Part shown: positions 48,851 through 58,714 of the stretch, one piece after another
Numbering within the stretch: the stretch's first letter is position 1
Layout of the letters: each line of letters opens with the position of its first letter
Assembly: GCA_046292385.1 (NCBI GenBank)
Contig: JBKBRF010000020.1
Coordinates: 1-64,000 of the forward strand
DNA length: 64,000 nt
Origin: Armatimonadota bacterium
GTDB lineage: Bacteria; Armatimonadota; SYMT01
Reading direction: 5' to 3'
The notes under the pieces: model-generated
Database searches by the model: none
The model's input: only the letters and a program-made list of their open reading frames with translations
Told to the model about the DNA's origin: nothing
Program-made: the position numbers and the translations under genes

Positions 48851-49022
48851 CGCCGGGCCCTGAAGGCCCCGGCTGTATCCCAGGAAAGCACGCTGAAGCG
48901 CGCTGAGGGATGTTGGGCTTGCCCGTTTCCAGGCCGTCCGGGATCTCCTTCCGTCTGTAATCGGGCAGCCTGCTTCAGCAGGCTTACCCAAAAGGATCAG
49001 CCGGGTCCTTCAGGGCCTGGCG
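48851..49022. repeat. REP/REPIN-like four-palindrome element, copy 1
   Basis: Outer arms 48851-48875 and 48998-49022 (23/25 complementary); inner palindromes 48885-48904 and 48966-48985, all centred on TGAA/TTCA. Confidence 0.85.
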
Positions 49023-49090
49023 TCGGTTGCGAGCTCCCGCGTCGCATAACCGCTTCGGCGTCTCTCCGTCCCTCTGTCTCTCCGAGGAGG

Positions 49091-50146
49091 CTACTCCGCC
49101 CCCACCGACTCCCGGGTCGGCAGCGGCACCTCGCGCCCGACTGCCCAGGCGATCCGCTGGACCTCGTCCATCATCTGCGTGAACTGATCCGGGCGGAGCG
49201 CCTGGCCGCCGTCGGAGAGCGCCTGGGCGGGGTTGGGGTGGACCTCCACGATGAGCCCGTCCGCGCCGGCGGCGACTCCCGCGCGGGCGATGGGGGTGAC
49301 CCAGCGGGTATGGCCCACGGAGTGGCTGGGGTCGAGGATCACCGGCAGGTGCGACCACTGCTTGAGCACCGGGATCGCGTTGATGTCGGTGGTGTTCCGG
49401 CAGGCGTCGTCCCAGGTGATGATGCCGCGCTCGCAGAGGATGACCTGGTGGTTGCCGCCGATCATGATGTACTCCGCGGCCTGCAGCATCTCCCGCAGCT
49501 TGGCGGAGGGGCCGCGCTTCAGCAGCACCGGCTTCCGCAGGTTGCCGAGACGCTGCAGCAGGCGGAAGTTGCTCATGTTGCGCGCGCCGACCTGGAAGAT
49601 GTCGGTGTACTGCGCCACCGTGTCGAGGTCTTCCGGATCGAGGATCTCCGTCACGATCGGCAGCCCCGTCTCCTCGCGGGCGCGGGCGAGGATGCGGAGC
49701 GCATCCACTCCGAGTCCCTGGAAGCTGTAGGGAGAGGTCCGCGGCTTGAAAGCGCCGCCGCGCAGCAGCTTGCCGCCGGCCGCCTTCACCGCGTGGGCGG
49801 TCTCCAGCACCTGCTCCTCCGTCTCCACGCTGCAGGGGCCGGCGATCACCACCACCTCGGCACCGCCGATCCGAACGTCGCCGACCTGCACCACGGTATC
49901 GTCCGGGTGGTAGTTGCGAGACGAGAGCTTGTACGGCTCGGAAATGAGCTGGACCCGCTCCACGCCGTCCAGCGCCTCGAACTTGTCCGCGAGGTTCGCC
50001 TTCTGCGCATCGACCAGGCCGAGAACGGCGATGACCTGGCGCTCCACCCCCGGGTTAACAAACGGGGTGAGGCCCTCCTTCTGGACGGTGTCGATCACCG
50101 TCTCCACCTGCGTAGCCGTTGCGCCGTGCTGCATGACGATTACCAT
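49091..50146 (-). CDS. aroF: DAHP synthase, type I-beta with an N-terminal regulatory (ACT-like) domain
   Basis: IAGPCSVE, RGGAFKPRTSPYSFQG, QVGARNM, LCERGI, DPSH, EVHPNP..ALSDG. Confidence 0.96.
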   Translation of the reverse strand: MVIVMQHGATATQVETVIDTVQKEGLTPFVNPGVERQVIAVLGLVDAQKANLADKFEALDGVERVQLISEPYKLSSRNYHPDDTVVQVGDVRIGGAEVVVIAGPCSVETEEQVLETAHAVKAAGGKLLRGGAFKPRTSPYSFQGLGVDALRILARAREETGLPIVTEILDPEDLDTVAQYTDIFQVGARNMSNFRLLQRLGNLRKPVLLKRGPSAKLREMLQAAEYIMIGGNHQVILCERGIITWDDACRNTTDINAIPVLKQWSHLPVILDPSHSVGHTRWVTPIARAGVAAGADGLIVEVHPNPAQALSDGGQALRPDQFTQMMDEVQRIAWAVGREVPLPTRESVGAE

Positions 50147-50209
50147 GACCTTCGTTCCTGCCTGCCTCTTAAGAGAGCGAGATGGGGGAGAGTAGGGATC
50201 CGGGTTGAG

Positions 50210-50248
50210 AAAACAAAAAAGCCGCACGGCCCGTAGGCCCTGCGACTT
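50210..50248 (-). terminator. Attenuator terminator upstream of aroF
   Basis: Minus strand AAGUCGCAGGGCC-UACG-GGCCGUGCGGCUU-UUUUGUUUU, about 65 nt before the aroF ATG. Confidence 0.9.
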
Positions 50249-50279
50249 CGCTGCTGATTCCGGCTGCTTTTCCTGAGAC

Positions 50280-50390
50280 TTATCGGTGGGTCAGGGTGCG
50301 CTCCGGACGCGACGCAGGGCCCCGCCGCCCAAACCAGGGGCGGCGGCCGGTAAAGTACCAGGCCTGGAAGCTGTCAGTGCCGAAGAGCAT
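50280..50390 (-). CDS. aroF leader peptide (36 aa) MLFGTDSFQAWYFTGRRPWFGRRGPASRPERTLTHR
   Basis: Hand translation from ATG 50390 to TAA 50282-50280; 7 aromatic residues in the first 20, including tandem W-Y-F; lies between promoter and terminator. Confidence 0.85.
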   Translation of the reverse strand: MLFGTDSFQAWYFTGRRPWFGRRGPASRPERTLTHR

Positions 50391-50419
50391 GTTCTAAAGG
50401 AGCCGGACGAATTATCGGA

Positions 50420-50448
50420 AGTATAGCGGGGTGCCGGAGCAGCGTCAA
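50420..50448 (-). promoter_or_regulatory. Sigma70 promoter of the aroF leader
   Basis: TTGACG (50448-50443), 17 nt, TATACT (50425-50420). Confidence 0.85.
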
Positions 50449-50772
50449 CGCGCCGCTTTACGGTGCCTCCGCTTCCGTGTTAAACTTCGCGGGTGCTCCG
50501 GCCATGTCCTGCATGGCCGTCCTCGCCGGCTTTCGTAAGAAAGCCGCGCGAGCCGAAATGGGGACCGATCCCGCGAGGATCGTACTCCCTATCTCGCTCC
50601 AGGCCGGCTTCTCTCGGGAAGTCTCGCGCATACCGGAGCCGCATTTACTCATTCCGCACCTCTCCGGATGGTCGCGCCGGTGCCGGCCCACGCCTCTGCG
50701 TGGAACGGTGGCCCGACCGTGGAAGGAGGGGGAGGGCGGGTCCTCTGGACCCGAGAACCACAGGAGACGACC

Positions 50773-51633
50773 TTGTCCGCAGTACAGATGAAGGAGCTGC
50801 TCGAAGCCGGCGTGCACTTCGGGCACCACACTCGCCGCTGGAACCCCAAGATGCGGCGGTACATCTACGGATCCCGAAACGGGATCTACATCCTCGACCT
50901 GCACCAGACGATCAACCTGTTCGACGACGCCGCCAAGTTCCTGCAGAACGTGGCGAGCAACGGCGGCACCGTGCTGTTCGTCGGGACCAAGAAGCAGGCG
51001 CAGGAGCCGATCCGCATCGCCGCGAAGCGCTCCGGCTCGTCGTGGGTGAACCAGCGCTGGCTGGGCGGCATGCTCACCAATTTCCCCACCATCCAGGGCC
51101 GTATCCAGCGCCTGAAGGAGCTGGAGCGCTGGGAGACCGACGGCACGATGGAGCGCTTCCCCAAGAAGGAGCAGCTCCGCCTGCGCGAGCAGAAGAACAA
51201 GCTGGAGCGGTTCCTGGGCGGCATCAAGGACATGAAGGGGCTGCCGGACGTGCTCTTCGTGATCGACACCCGCCGCGAGCGCATCGCGATCGACGAAGCG
51301 CGGAAGCTCGGCATCCCGGTGGTGGCGATCGTCGATACCAACTGCGATCCGGACGACGCCGATTTCCCGATCCCGGGCAATGACGACGCGATCCGCGCCA
51401 TCCAGCTCCTGGTGGGCCGCGTGGGCGACACGCTGGTCGAAGTGACCGGCGAGCAGTGGTCCCCCGAGGAAGAGGTGGAAGAGTACGACCAGGAGACCTC
51501 GGAGTACCTGGCGCAGGCTCCGGACGCCGAAGCCGGCGACGAGAGCGGCGAGGGCTACGAGGCCGCGCCGGCTCCCCGCGTGAGCGAGGACGCGGTGGAA
51601 GCCTCCGAAGGGCGCGAAGAGGACGAGGAGTAG
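50773..51633 (+). CDS. rpsB: 30S ribosomal protein S2 with an acidic C-terminal tail
   Basis: [52 protein letters not shown] start with AGGAG. Confidence 0.98.
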   Translation: MSAVQMKELLEAGVHFGHHTRRWNPKMRRYIYGSRNGIYILDLHQTINLFDDAAKFLQNVASNGGTVLFVGTKKQAQEPIRIAAKRSGSSWVNQRWLGGMLTNFPTIQGRIQRLKELERWETDGTMERFPKKEQLRLREQKNKLERFLGGIKDMKGLPDVLFVIDTRRERIAIDEARKLGIPVVAIVDTNCDPDDADFPIPGNDDAIRAIQLLVGRVGDTLVEVTGEQWSPEEEVEEYDQETSEYLAQAPDAEAGDESGEGYEAAPAPRVSEDAVEASEGREEDEE

Positions 51634-51640
51634 AGAAGAA

Positions 51641-52240
51641 ATGTCGATTACAGCAAAAGATGTTCAGGCGCTTCGGGAAAAGACCGGCGCCGGCATGATG
51701 GACTGCAAGAAGGCGCTGCAGGAGTCCGGCGGCAACATGGACGAGGCGGTGAAGTACCTTCGCGAGAAGGGGATCGCCTCCGCCACGAAGCGGGAAGGCC
51801 GCAGCGCCTCCGAAGGCACCATCGGCACCTACCTGCACCACACCGGCAAGATCGCCGTGCTGGTGGAGCTGAACTGCGAAACCGACTTCGTGGCTCGCAA
51901 CGAGGAGTTCCAGGCGCTGGCGCGGGAGCTGGCGCTCCAGGTCGCCTCCGCCAACCCGACCTACCTTCGCGCGGAAGACGTGCCGGAGGACGTGCTGACC
52001 CGCGAGCGTGAGATCGCGGAGAACCTGGCGCGCAACGAGGGCAAGCCGGAGGCCGCGCTTCCCAAGATCGTGGAAGGCCGCGTGCGGAAGTGGCTGGAGG
52101 AGAACTGCCTCCTGACCCAGGCTTCGATCCGCGACCCGAAGAAGCAGGTGGGTGACCTGGTGCAGGACCTCCGCGCCAAGCTGGGTGAGAACGTCCAGGT
52201 GCGCCGCTTCGTGCGGTACAAGGTCGGAGAAGAGGCCTGA
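51641..52240 (+). CDS. tsf: Elongation factor Ts (short form)
   Basis: [26 protein letters not shown]. Confidence 0.98.
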   Translation: MSITAKDVQALREKTGAGMMDCKKALQESGGNMDEAVKYLREKGIASATKREGRSASEGTIGTYLHHTGKIAVLVELNCETDFVARNEEFQALARELALQVASANPTYLRAEDVPEDVLTREREIAENLARNEGKPEAALPKIVEGRVRKWLEENCLLTQASIRDPKKQVGDLVQDLRAKLGENVQVRRFVRYKVGEEA

Positions 52241-52244
52241 TCCG

Positions 52245-53003
52245 GTGAGCGACGACTCGCAAACTCCGGCTGCGCCCCTGCGCTGGAAGCGAGCGCTGCT
52301 GAAACTCAGCGGTGAGGCATTTGCGGGCGGTCAGGGCATCGGGATCGATGCCCCGACCGTCCGTCGCATCGCCGAGGAGGTCAGCGGGGTCGCCGCGCTG
52401 GGCGTGGAGCTGGCCGTGGTGGTAGGCGGCGGCAACATCATCCGCGGCGGGCTCGCCAGCGCCGCCGGGATCGAGCGCACCACCGGCGACCACATGGGCA
52501 TGCTCGCTACGGTGATCAACTGCCTCGCGCTGCAGGATGCGCTGGAGAGCATGGGGATCCCGGTGCGGACCCAGACCGGCATCTCCATGAGCCAGATCGC
52601 GGAGCCGTTCATCCGGCGCCGCGCCATCCGTCACCTGGAGAAGGGCCGGGTGGTGATCTTCGGAGCCGGCACCGGCAACCCGTACTTCACCACCGATACC
52701 GCCGCCGCGCTGCGGGCGCTGGAGATACGCGCCCAGGTGATCCTCAAGGCGACCAACATCGACGGCATCTACGACCGTGACCCTCGCAAGCACCCGGACG
52801 CCGTGAAGTTTACGGAGCTCTCCCATGAGGAAGCGTTCCATCGGCGGCTGGCGGTGATGGACCTGACCGCCTTCTCCCTGAGCATGGAGAACGGAATCCC
52901 GATTGTCGTATTCGACATGAACGAGAGCGGGAATATCCGGCGCGTGCTGCAGGGCGAGCCGGTCGGAACGGTGGTCGGAACCCGCTCCGGCGACGCCGAC
53001 TGA
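52245..53003 (+). CDS. pyrH: Uridylate kinase
   Basis: [43 protein letters not shown]. Confidence 0.98.
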   Translation: MSDDSQTPAAPLRWKRALLKLSGEAFAGGQGIGIDAPTVRRIAEEVSGVAALGVELAVVVGGGNIIRGGLASAAGIERTTGDHMGMLATVINCLALQDALESMGIPVRTQTGISMSQIAEPFIRRRAIRHLEKGRVVIFGAGTGNPYFTTDTAAALRALEIRAQVILKATNIDGIYDRDPRKHPDAVKFTELSHEEAFHRRLAVMDLTAFSLSMENGIPIVVFDMNESGNIRRVLQGEPVGTVVGTRSGDAD

Positions 53004-53051
53004 CCGGAAGCTCCGGCGACCGATTCCTGCCCGGAGACAGGAGACGCAGAA

Positions 53052-53624
53052 ATGGCAGACGAGAACTTCGGAAAGAACCTGCTGCGCGATGCCGACGACC
53101 GGATGCGGAAGAGCATTGAGTCGACGCAGCACGACCTGCAGGCGATCCGCACCGGCCGCGCCAACCCGGCGCTGCTGGAGCGGGTAGAGGTGGAGTATTA
53201 CGGCAGTAAGATGCCCCTCCCGCAGGTAGCCACCGTCACCGCGCCGGAAGCGCGCATGCTAGTGGTCTCCCCCTGGGACCGCGGTGCCCTCCCCGCCATC
53301 GAGCGTGCGATCATGAAGTCGGACCTCGGTCTCAACCCGAGCAGCGACGGCCAGATGATCCGCCTCATCGTGCCGCAGCTCACCGAGGAGACGCGCAAGG
53401 GCCTGATCAAGCAGGTCCACAAGCGGATCGAGGAGGGGAAGGTCGCCATCCGCAACATCCGCCGCGACGCGATCGAGCAGCTTCGCTCCGCCAAGAAGAA
53501 CAGCGAGATCGGCGAGGACGAGGAGAAGCGGCTGGAAGGCGACGTCCAGAAGTCGACCGACAAGTTCGTCGCGGAGCTGGACGCGATCCAGAAGCACAAG
53601 GAAGCGGAATTGATGGAAGTCTGA
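53052..53624 (+). CDS. frr: Ribosome recycling factor
   Basis: IRTGRANP, SDLGLNP, LTEETRK, VAIRNIRRD. Confidence 0.98.
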   Translation: MADENFGKNLLRDADDRMRKSIESTQHDLQAIRTGRANPALLERVEVEYYGSKMPLPQVATVTAPEARMLVVSPWDRGALPAIERAIMKSDLGLNPSSDGQMIRLIVPQLTEETRKGLIKQVHKRIEEGKVAIRNIRRDAIEQLRSAKKNSEIGEDEEKRLEGDVQKSTDKFVAELDAIQKHKEAELMEV

Positions 53625-53651
53625 GCCTCGCTCAGCTCCATCCACCTCGAG

Positions 53652-53680
53652 GGGCTCCGGCGGCAACGCCGGGGCCTTTT
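53652..53680 (+). terminator. Intrinsic terminator of the rpsB-frr operon
   Basis: GGCTCCGGCG-GCAA-CGCCGGGGCC-TTTT. Confidence 0.8.
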
Positions 53681-53804
53681 CCGCTTAGCCTCGCCAGGGC
53701 CAGTCGTGAGCCGAGCGCCGGCCACCCCCGAAGGAACGGGTTCGAGGAGCGCGAGCAGGCCGCTTCCGGCAGCCCTTTCGGTGGAGGCACCGCTCCCCGA
53801 GTTC

Positions 53805-53963
53805 GTCATTCTGAACGCAGTGAAGAATCTCGGCAGCCGTCCTGGTCCGGTGCACGCATCTTCGTGACGAGGACCCAAACAGGCGAGGCGCTCCCGAACG
53901 TGTGGGCCCGGCGTACTCCCGGAGAGCCGAGTGACGTAGATCCTTCACTGCGTTCAGGATGAC
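53805..53963. repeat. Palindromic element with 26-bp terminal inverted repeats (GTCATTCTGAACGCAGTGAAGAATCT)
   Basis: 53805-53830 versus 53938-53963: 24/26 complementary. Confidence 0.85.
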
Positions 53964-54154
53964 CTCCGGGGGCGGAGCCGTGCTCAAGCTGGGCTCACGC
54001 CGATCCGATGGGACCGGTTCGCGGCAAAACCCCACGCGACGCCCTTCAGTGCAGCGCCCCATAGAGGGCGGGGAGCGGCCGGGCGCTAACGTAGCTGCGG
54101 CCGGTATACTCTCCGCGCCGCGCGTGCGGCTCACCCGCTCTACGGAGACCCTCG

Positions 54155-55459
54155 ATGCCTCGACTTCCGCTTCGCTTCTTTTGCCTGCTGCTGCTTGGCT
54201 GGACTGCAGTCGGGCTGGCCGGCACGGCCGGCGCCCATCCAAGCCACGATGACGACCACCTCCGCATAGGGATCCTCGCGCCGGTCACCGGCAGTGCGGA
54301 AGCGACAGGTAGAGAGATGCTCCACGGCGCTGCGCTGGCGGTGGAGCAGATCAATGCCGCCGGTGGGGTGCGGGTCGGCAAGAAGCGGATGGAGCTGGAG
54401 CTGGTTACCGGCGACACGCAGTCGACCGCCGAGGGGGGAGTCGCGGCGGCGAACGCGCTGATCCAGCAGCAGGTCGTCTCGTTCATTGGGGCCTACGGCA
54501 GCGCGACCACCCTCGCGGCGCAGGTGCCGATCTCCGCCGCGAAGCTGCCGTACCTGGTGAGCGGCGCCAGCACGCCGCGCATCACGCGCCGCACCGATCT
54601 GGACACCAGCCGGATGTTCCACCTGCACGAGCTGGGCCCGTGGGATGGGGCCGCCGCCGCGCGGTTCCTGGCCGAGGCGGCGCGGCCGGCGCTGGCACCG
54701 AAGCGGAACCTCCGCGTGGCGGTGCTGTATCAGGACACCGCGTTCGGGCAGGACTTCCTGAACGGCCTGCCCGGCCTGGGCCTGCAGGGCTACACGGAGG
54801 CGCGAGGGCTGCCGCTGGACCTCGTGGCGGTGGAGCCGTTCGCCAACGGCGCGACCGACTTCGAAGAGCAGCTCCTCCGGGTGCGGGATGCGGACCCGGA
54901 CATCATCGTCCCCGTCGCCCTGGTGGCGGAGGCGATTCCCATGCTGCACCAGGCCGTGAACGAGCTCGGGATGAGCGTTCCCTGGGGGCCGGTCAACAAG
55001 GTTTGCGAGTCCCCCGCGTTCTACGAGGCGATCGACGACCTCCGAGTCCCGATCTTCATCGGAACCTACTTCTCCGTCTGGGACACCCCGCGCGGCAAAG
55101 CCGGACGCCACCTCGATAGCTTCCGCGGCCAGTACGTGGTGCGCTGGGGTGAGCTGCCCGGCCTGGAGGCGGCGCTGCAGTACGAGGCGATCTACACCCT
55201 CAAGGCGGTCTACGAGCGGGCGCGCACCCTGCGACCTGCGAAGGTGACGCAGGCGTTCCGCAGCCTCAACACGCCGAGCCGGATCTTGCCGACCGTGAAG
55301 CGGAAGATCCGCTTCGATAAGAACCGCGAGGTCCGCTTCGATCTCTTCGTGACGCAGCTCTTCTTCGACGAGGAACTCGGCCGGATGCGCTCTCGCATCG
55401 TCTGGCCCGCGTCCCTCGCTACCGGTCCGCTGGACCTGGAGCCGGAGCCCCGGGGATAG
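54155..55459 (+). CDS. Orphan ABC substrate-binding protein (LivJ-like, branched-chain amino acid type)
   Basis: RIGILAPVTG, LAVEQINAAGGV, IGAYGS, TDFEEQL; signal peptide. Confidence 0.85.
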   Translation: MPRLPLRFFCLLLLGWTAVGLAGTAGAHPSHDDDHLRIGILAPVTGSAEATGREMLHGAALAVEQINAAGGVRVGKKRMELELVTGDTQSTAEGGVAAANALIQQQVVSFIGAYGSATTLAAQVPISAAKLPYLVSGASTPRITRRTDLDTSRMFHLHELGPWDGAAAARFLAEAARPALAPKRNLRVAVLYQDTAFGQDFLNGLPGLGLQGYTEARGLPLDLVAVEPFANGATDFEEQLLRVRDADPDIIVPVALVAEAIPMLHQAVNELGMSVPWGPVNKVCESPAFYEAIDDLRVPIFIGTYFSVWDTPRGKAGRHLDSFRGQYVVRWGELPGLEAALQYEAIYTLKAVYERARTLRPAKVTQAFRSLNTPSRILPTVKRKIRFDKNREVRFDLFVTQLFFDEELGRMRSRIVWPASLATGPLDLEPEPRG

Positions 55460-55564
55460 CCGCTCACGTCCGGCCCGCTGCGCTTGCCGCCGCGCACGGG
55501 CCGGGCGTGAGATAATCGAGACGAAGTAGTCGTTAGTCAAGCCGGGATCGACGGGGGAAGCTCT

Positions 55565-55654
55565 GTTGCAGGTTTGCAAGTTGGCAGGTTGCAGGTTGGG
55601 AACACGGGAGGCGGGGTTTGGAACCTGCAACCTGTTAACCTGCAACCTGGAAAC
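55565..55654. repeat. Inverted heptamer-repeat element (GCAGGTT)n...(AACCTGC)n, copy 2
   Basis: Shares GCAGGTTGGGAAC and TGGAACCTGC with 288-372. Confidence 0.8.
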
Positions 55655-55775
55655 AGACGGGGAGCGAGCTGCCCTTTCCCCGCTCTCCCTTGCTCCCGCT
55701 CCCTGCCGAAAGCGGTAGCTTGACACACCCGAAATGTGGCGTCCGGCCGCGATCCGATCCGCGAGAGAGAACCCC

Positions 55776-57299
55776 ATGAGCTCCAGCATTGCCCCTGTCC
55801 TGATCGCCGGCGAATGGCGGTCGAGCCACTCGACCGGCACCTTCCAGGCCGATAACCCGACCCTGGGGAAGGCGCTTCCGGAGAGCTATCCGGTCTCTTC
55901 CCGCGAGGAGGTGCTGGAGGCGATCCGCGCCGGCTGCGAGGCGGCGGATGCCCTGCGACGGACGCCGGGTGAGGCGATTGCCCGCTTTCTGGAAGCGTTC
56001 GCGGACGGCATCGAGGCGCGGCGCGCCGACCTGGTGGCGCTGGCGCACGCGGAGAGCGGGCTGCCGGAGAAGCCGCGCCTGAAAGTGGTGGAGCTGCCGC
56101 GCACCACCAACCAGCTGCGCCTGGCGGCGAAGGCGGCGCGAGAGGGCACCTGGCGCGAGCCGATCCGGGACGAGGCGGCCGGCATCTACTCGGTGCGCGC
56201 GCCGCTCGGCGGCCCGGTGGTGGTGATGGGGCCGAACAACTTCCCGTTCGCGTTCAATTCCGTGGCCGGGGGCGACTTTGCCGCCGCCCTCGCCGCGCAC
56301 AACCCCGTCATCGCTAAGGCGAATACCAGCCATCCCGGTACCACCCGGCTGCTCGCTGAGATCGCGCGAGAGGCGGTGGAGAGCGCCGGCCTCCATCCCG
56401 CCACCGTGCAGCTGATCTACCGGACGCCGCGGGAGGTGGGGCTGGAGCTGGTTTCGCACCCGCTGGTCGGCGCGACCGGCTTCACCGGCAGCAAGGCGGC
56501 CGGTCTGCAGCTCAAGGACGCGGCGGACCGCGCCGGCAAGCCGATCTACCTGGAGATGTCGAGCGTCAACCCGGTGGTGGTGCTGGAAGGCGCGCTCCGC
56601 GAGCGGGGCGAGGCGATTGCCGAGGAGTTCTTCGGCTCCTGCACCATGGGCGCCGGCCAGTTCTGCACCAATCCCGGGTTCCTGGTGCTGCCGGACAGCG
56701 AAGCGGGCCGGGCGTTCGTCCAGGCGGCCTGCGCGAAGTTCGCGGCGGGCGCCCCGGGCGTGCTCCTGGGCAAGGGCGGCCGCTCGGCGCTGGTGGAGGC
56801 GGTCGGCACGCTCCGCGCGGCCGGAGCGACGGTGCTGGTCGGCGGCGAGCCGGCGGAAGGTCCCGCCTACCGGTTCCAGAACACGCTGCTGCAGGTGACC
56901 GGGGAGCAGTTCCTGCAGAACCCGCACGACCTCCAGACCGAGGCGTTCGGGCCGGTTTCGCTGCTCGTCATGTCGAGCAGTACGGCGCAGACGGTCGAGA
57001 TCCTCCGCCGGCTCGAAGGCAACCTCACCGGCACGATCTATTCCGATACCGCGGGCAGCGACGACGCCGACTATGCCGCGATCGAGCCGCCGCTCCGCCA
57101 GCGCGTGGGCCGGCTGCTCAACGACAAGATGCCGACCGGCGTGGCGGTGAGCCCCGCCATGAACCACGGCGGCCCGTACCCGGCCACCGGCCACCCCGGC
57201 TTCACGGCCGTCGGTCTCCCGACCAGCATAAGCCGCTTCACCGCGCTGCACTGCTACGACAACGTCCGCCCCGAGCGCCTCCCCGAGGACCTGCGCTGA
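55776..57299 (+). CDS. Aldehyde dehydrogenase, alpha-ketoglutaric semialdehyde dehydrogenase-like
   Basis: NFPFAF...GGDFAAALAA, GFTGS, EMSSVNP, GQFCTNPG, EAFGP, PTGVAV, HGGPYPAT. Confidence 0.9.
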   Translation: MSSSIAPVLIAGEWRSSHSTGTFQADNPTLGKALPESYPVSSREEVLEAIRAGCEAADALRRTPGEAIARFLEAFADGIEARRADLVALAHAESGLPEKPRLKVVELPRTTNQLRLAAKAAREGTWREPIRDEAAGIYSVRAPLGGPVVVMGPNNFPFAFNSVAGGDFAAALAAHNPVIAKANTSHPGTTRLLAEIAREAVESAGLHPATVQLIYRTPREVGLELVSHPLVGATGFTGSKAAGLQLKDAADRAGKPIYLEMSSVNPVVVLEGALRERGEAIAEEFFGSCTMGAGQFCTNPGFLVLPDSEAGRAFVQAACAKFAAGAPGVLLGKGGRSALVEAVGTLRAAGATVLVGGEPAEGPAYRFQNTLLQVTGEQFLQNPHDLQTEAFGPVSLLVMSSSTAQTVEILRRLEGNLTGTIYSDTAGSDDADYAAIEPPLRQRVGRLLNDKMPTGVAVSPAMNHGGPYPATGHPGFTAVGLPTSISRFTALHCYDNVRPERLPEDLR

Positions 57300-57310
57300 G
57301 TCAGGCAGAT

Positions 57311-57510
57311 GTGTAAGAAGGGGGATAAGGGGATAGGGGGGATAAGGGGATGGACATGCTCCAGGCTCGCCTGACGCAGATCCGGTGCGGCCCCGACGGT
57401 GCTGAGAGGTTGGTGGCCATCAGCCTGACGGGTTCGTAGCAGCACCGTTCTTCTGTTTGGTCCGGTTTATCCCCCTATCCCCCTTCATCTCCACATCTCC
57501 TTTCTTACAC
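57311..57510. repeat. Inverted element with GGGGATA-type units and GTGTAAGAA termini
   Basis: GTGTAAGAAGGGGGATAAGGGGATAGG... at 57311 and ...TATCCCCCTATCCCCC...TTCTTACAC ending at 57510. Confidence 0.75.
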
Positions 57511-57519
57511 AAGCGTCGA

Positions 57520-58689
57520 ATGCCGAAGTCAGCTCCTGTCGTTCAGAGGTTCTTTGCTCCCTGCCCGCGCGGGTTGGAGGAGTCGCTTTCGGAGGAGCTG
57601 GAGGGGCTGGGGGCGCGGGAGGTGGAGCGGGTGCCGGGCGGGGTGCACTTTCGGGGCGACTGGTCGGTCTGCTACCGGGTGAACCTGCACAGCCGCATCG
57701 CCACCCGCGTCCTCTGGCGCGTGGCGCACGCACCGTACCGCGTCGAGCCGGAGGTCTACCGCGCCGCGTTCGACGCTCCCTGGCGCGACTGGTTCGATCC
57801 GGCGCAGACGATCCGCGTCTACACGACGGGGGTGCAGTCGCCGCTGCGGAGCCTCGACTACATCACGGTCCACATCAAGGATGCCATCTGCGCCCGCTTC
57901 ACCCAGGACTGCGGCGAGCGGCCGAGCGTAAACACCGAGGCACCGGACGTGCGAATCCACGCGTTCCTGGACGCGCGGACGGTGACGCTCTACCTCGACA
58001 CCTCCGGCGAGCCGCTCTTCAAGCGCGGCTATCGCCGGACCACCACCGAGGCACCGCTGAAGGAAAACCTGGCGGCCGGCATCCTGCGCCTCACCGGCTG
58101 GCAGCCCGGGACGCCGCTCCTCGACCCGATGTGCGGCAGCGGCACGTTTCTGCTGGAGGCGGCGCAGATCGCGCTGAACATCGCGCCGGGAAGCGCGCGC
58201 CGGTTCGGGTTCGAGAAGCTGAAGTGGCATCAGCCGGCACTCTGGTCGCGCATCCAGGCGGACGCCCGTGCGAAGCAGCTTCCGCCCCGCCCGCTCCCGA
58301 TCTACGGCTGCGATCTCCACAACGGGGAGCTGGAGGCGGCGCGCCGCAACCTGGCGGATGCCGGGCTGGGGGAGGTCGTGCGGCTCAAGCAGGCCGACAT
58401 CCTGCGCGTCTCCGCGCCCGCCGAGAGCGGCGTGATGGTGACGAACCCGCCGTACGGCGTCCGCCTGGGGGAGCAGGAGGAGCTGGCGCGCTTCTACCCG
58501 CGCCTGGGCGACGCCCTGAAGCAGAACTTCGCGGGGTGGGACTGCTTCATCCTGAGCGCCGATCCGCGCCTGCCCAAGCTGATCCGCCTCGGCACGAGCC
58601 GCCGCATCCCGCTCTTCAACGGCGCGCTGGAGTGCCGCCTGCTGGAGTACCGCATGGTCGCGGGCCCTCGGAAAGGCCCGGCCGACTGA
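57520..58689 (+). CDS. THUMP-domain RNA methyltransferase (RlmL-like)
   Basis: GEPLFKRGYR, APLKENLAA, DPMCGSGT, TNPPYG, LFNGALEC. Confidence 0.92.
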   Translation: MPKSAPVVQRFFAPCPRGLEESLSEELEGLGAREVERVPGGVHFRGDWSVCYRVNLHSRIATRVLWRVAHAPYRVEPEVYRAAFDAPWRDWFDPAQTIRVYTTGVQSPLRSLDYITVHIKDAICARFTQDCGERPSVNTEAPDVRIHAFLDARTVTLYLDTSGEPLFKRGYRRTTTEAPLKENLAAGILRLTGWQPGTPLLDPMCGSGTFLLEAAQIALNIAPGSARRFGFEKLKWHQPALWSRIQADARAKQLPPRPLPIYGCDLHNGELEAARRNLADAGLGEVVRLKQADILRVSAPAESGVMVTNPPYGVRLGEQEELARFYPRLGDALKQNFAGWDCFILSADPRLPKLIRLGTSRRIPLFNGALECRLLEYRMVAGPRKGPAD

Positions 58690-58714
58690 GCCGCCGCGCC
58701 GGCGGAGAACCGCC

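Noticed and set aside
50150..50420. T-box riboswitch upstream of aroF
   Set aside because: No recognisable T-box consensus or stem I; the leader-peptide model explains the elements.
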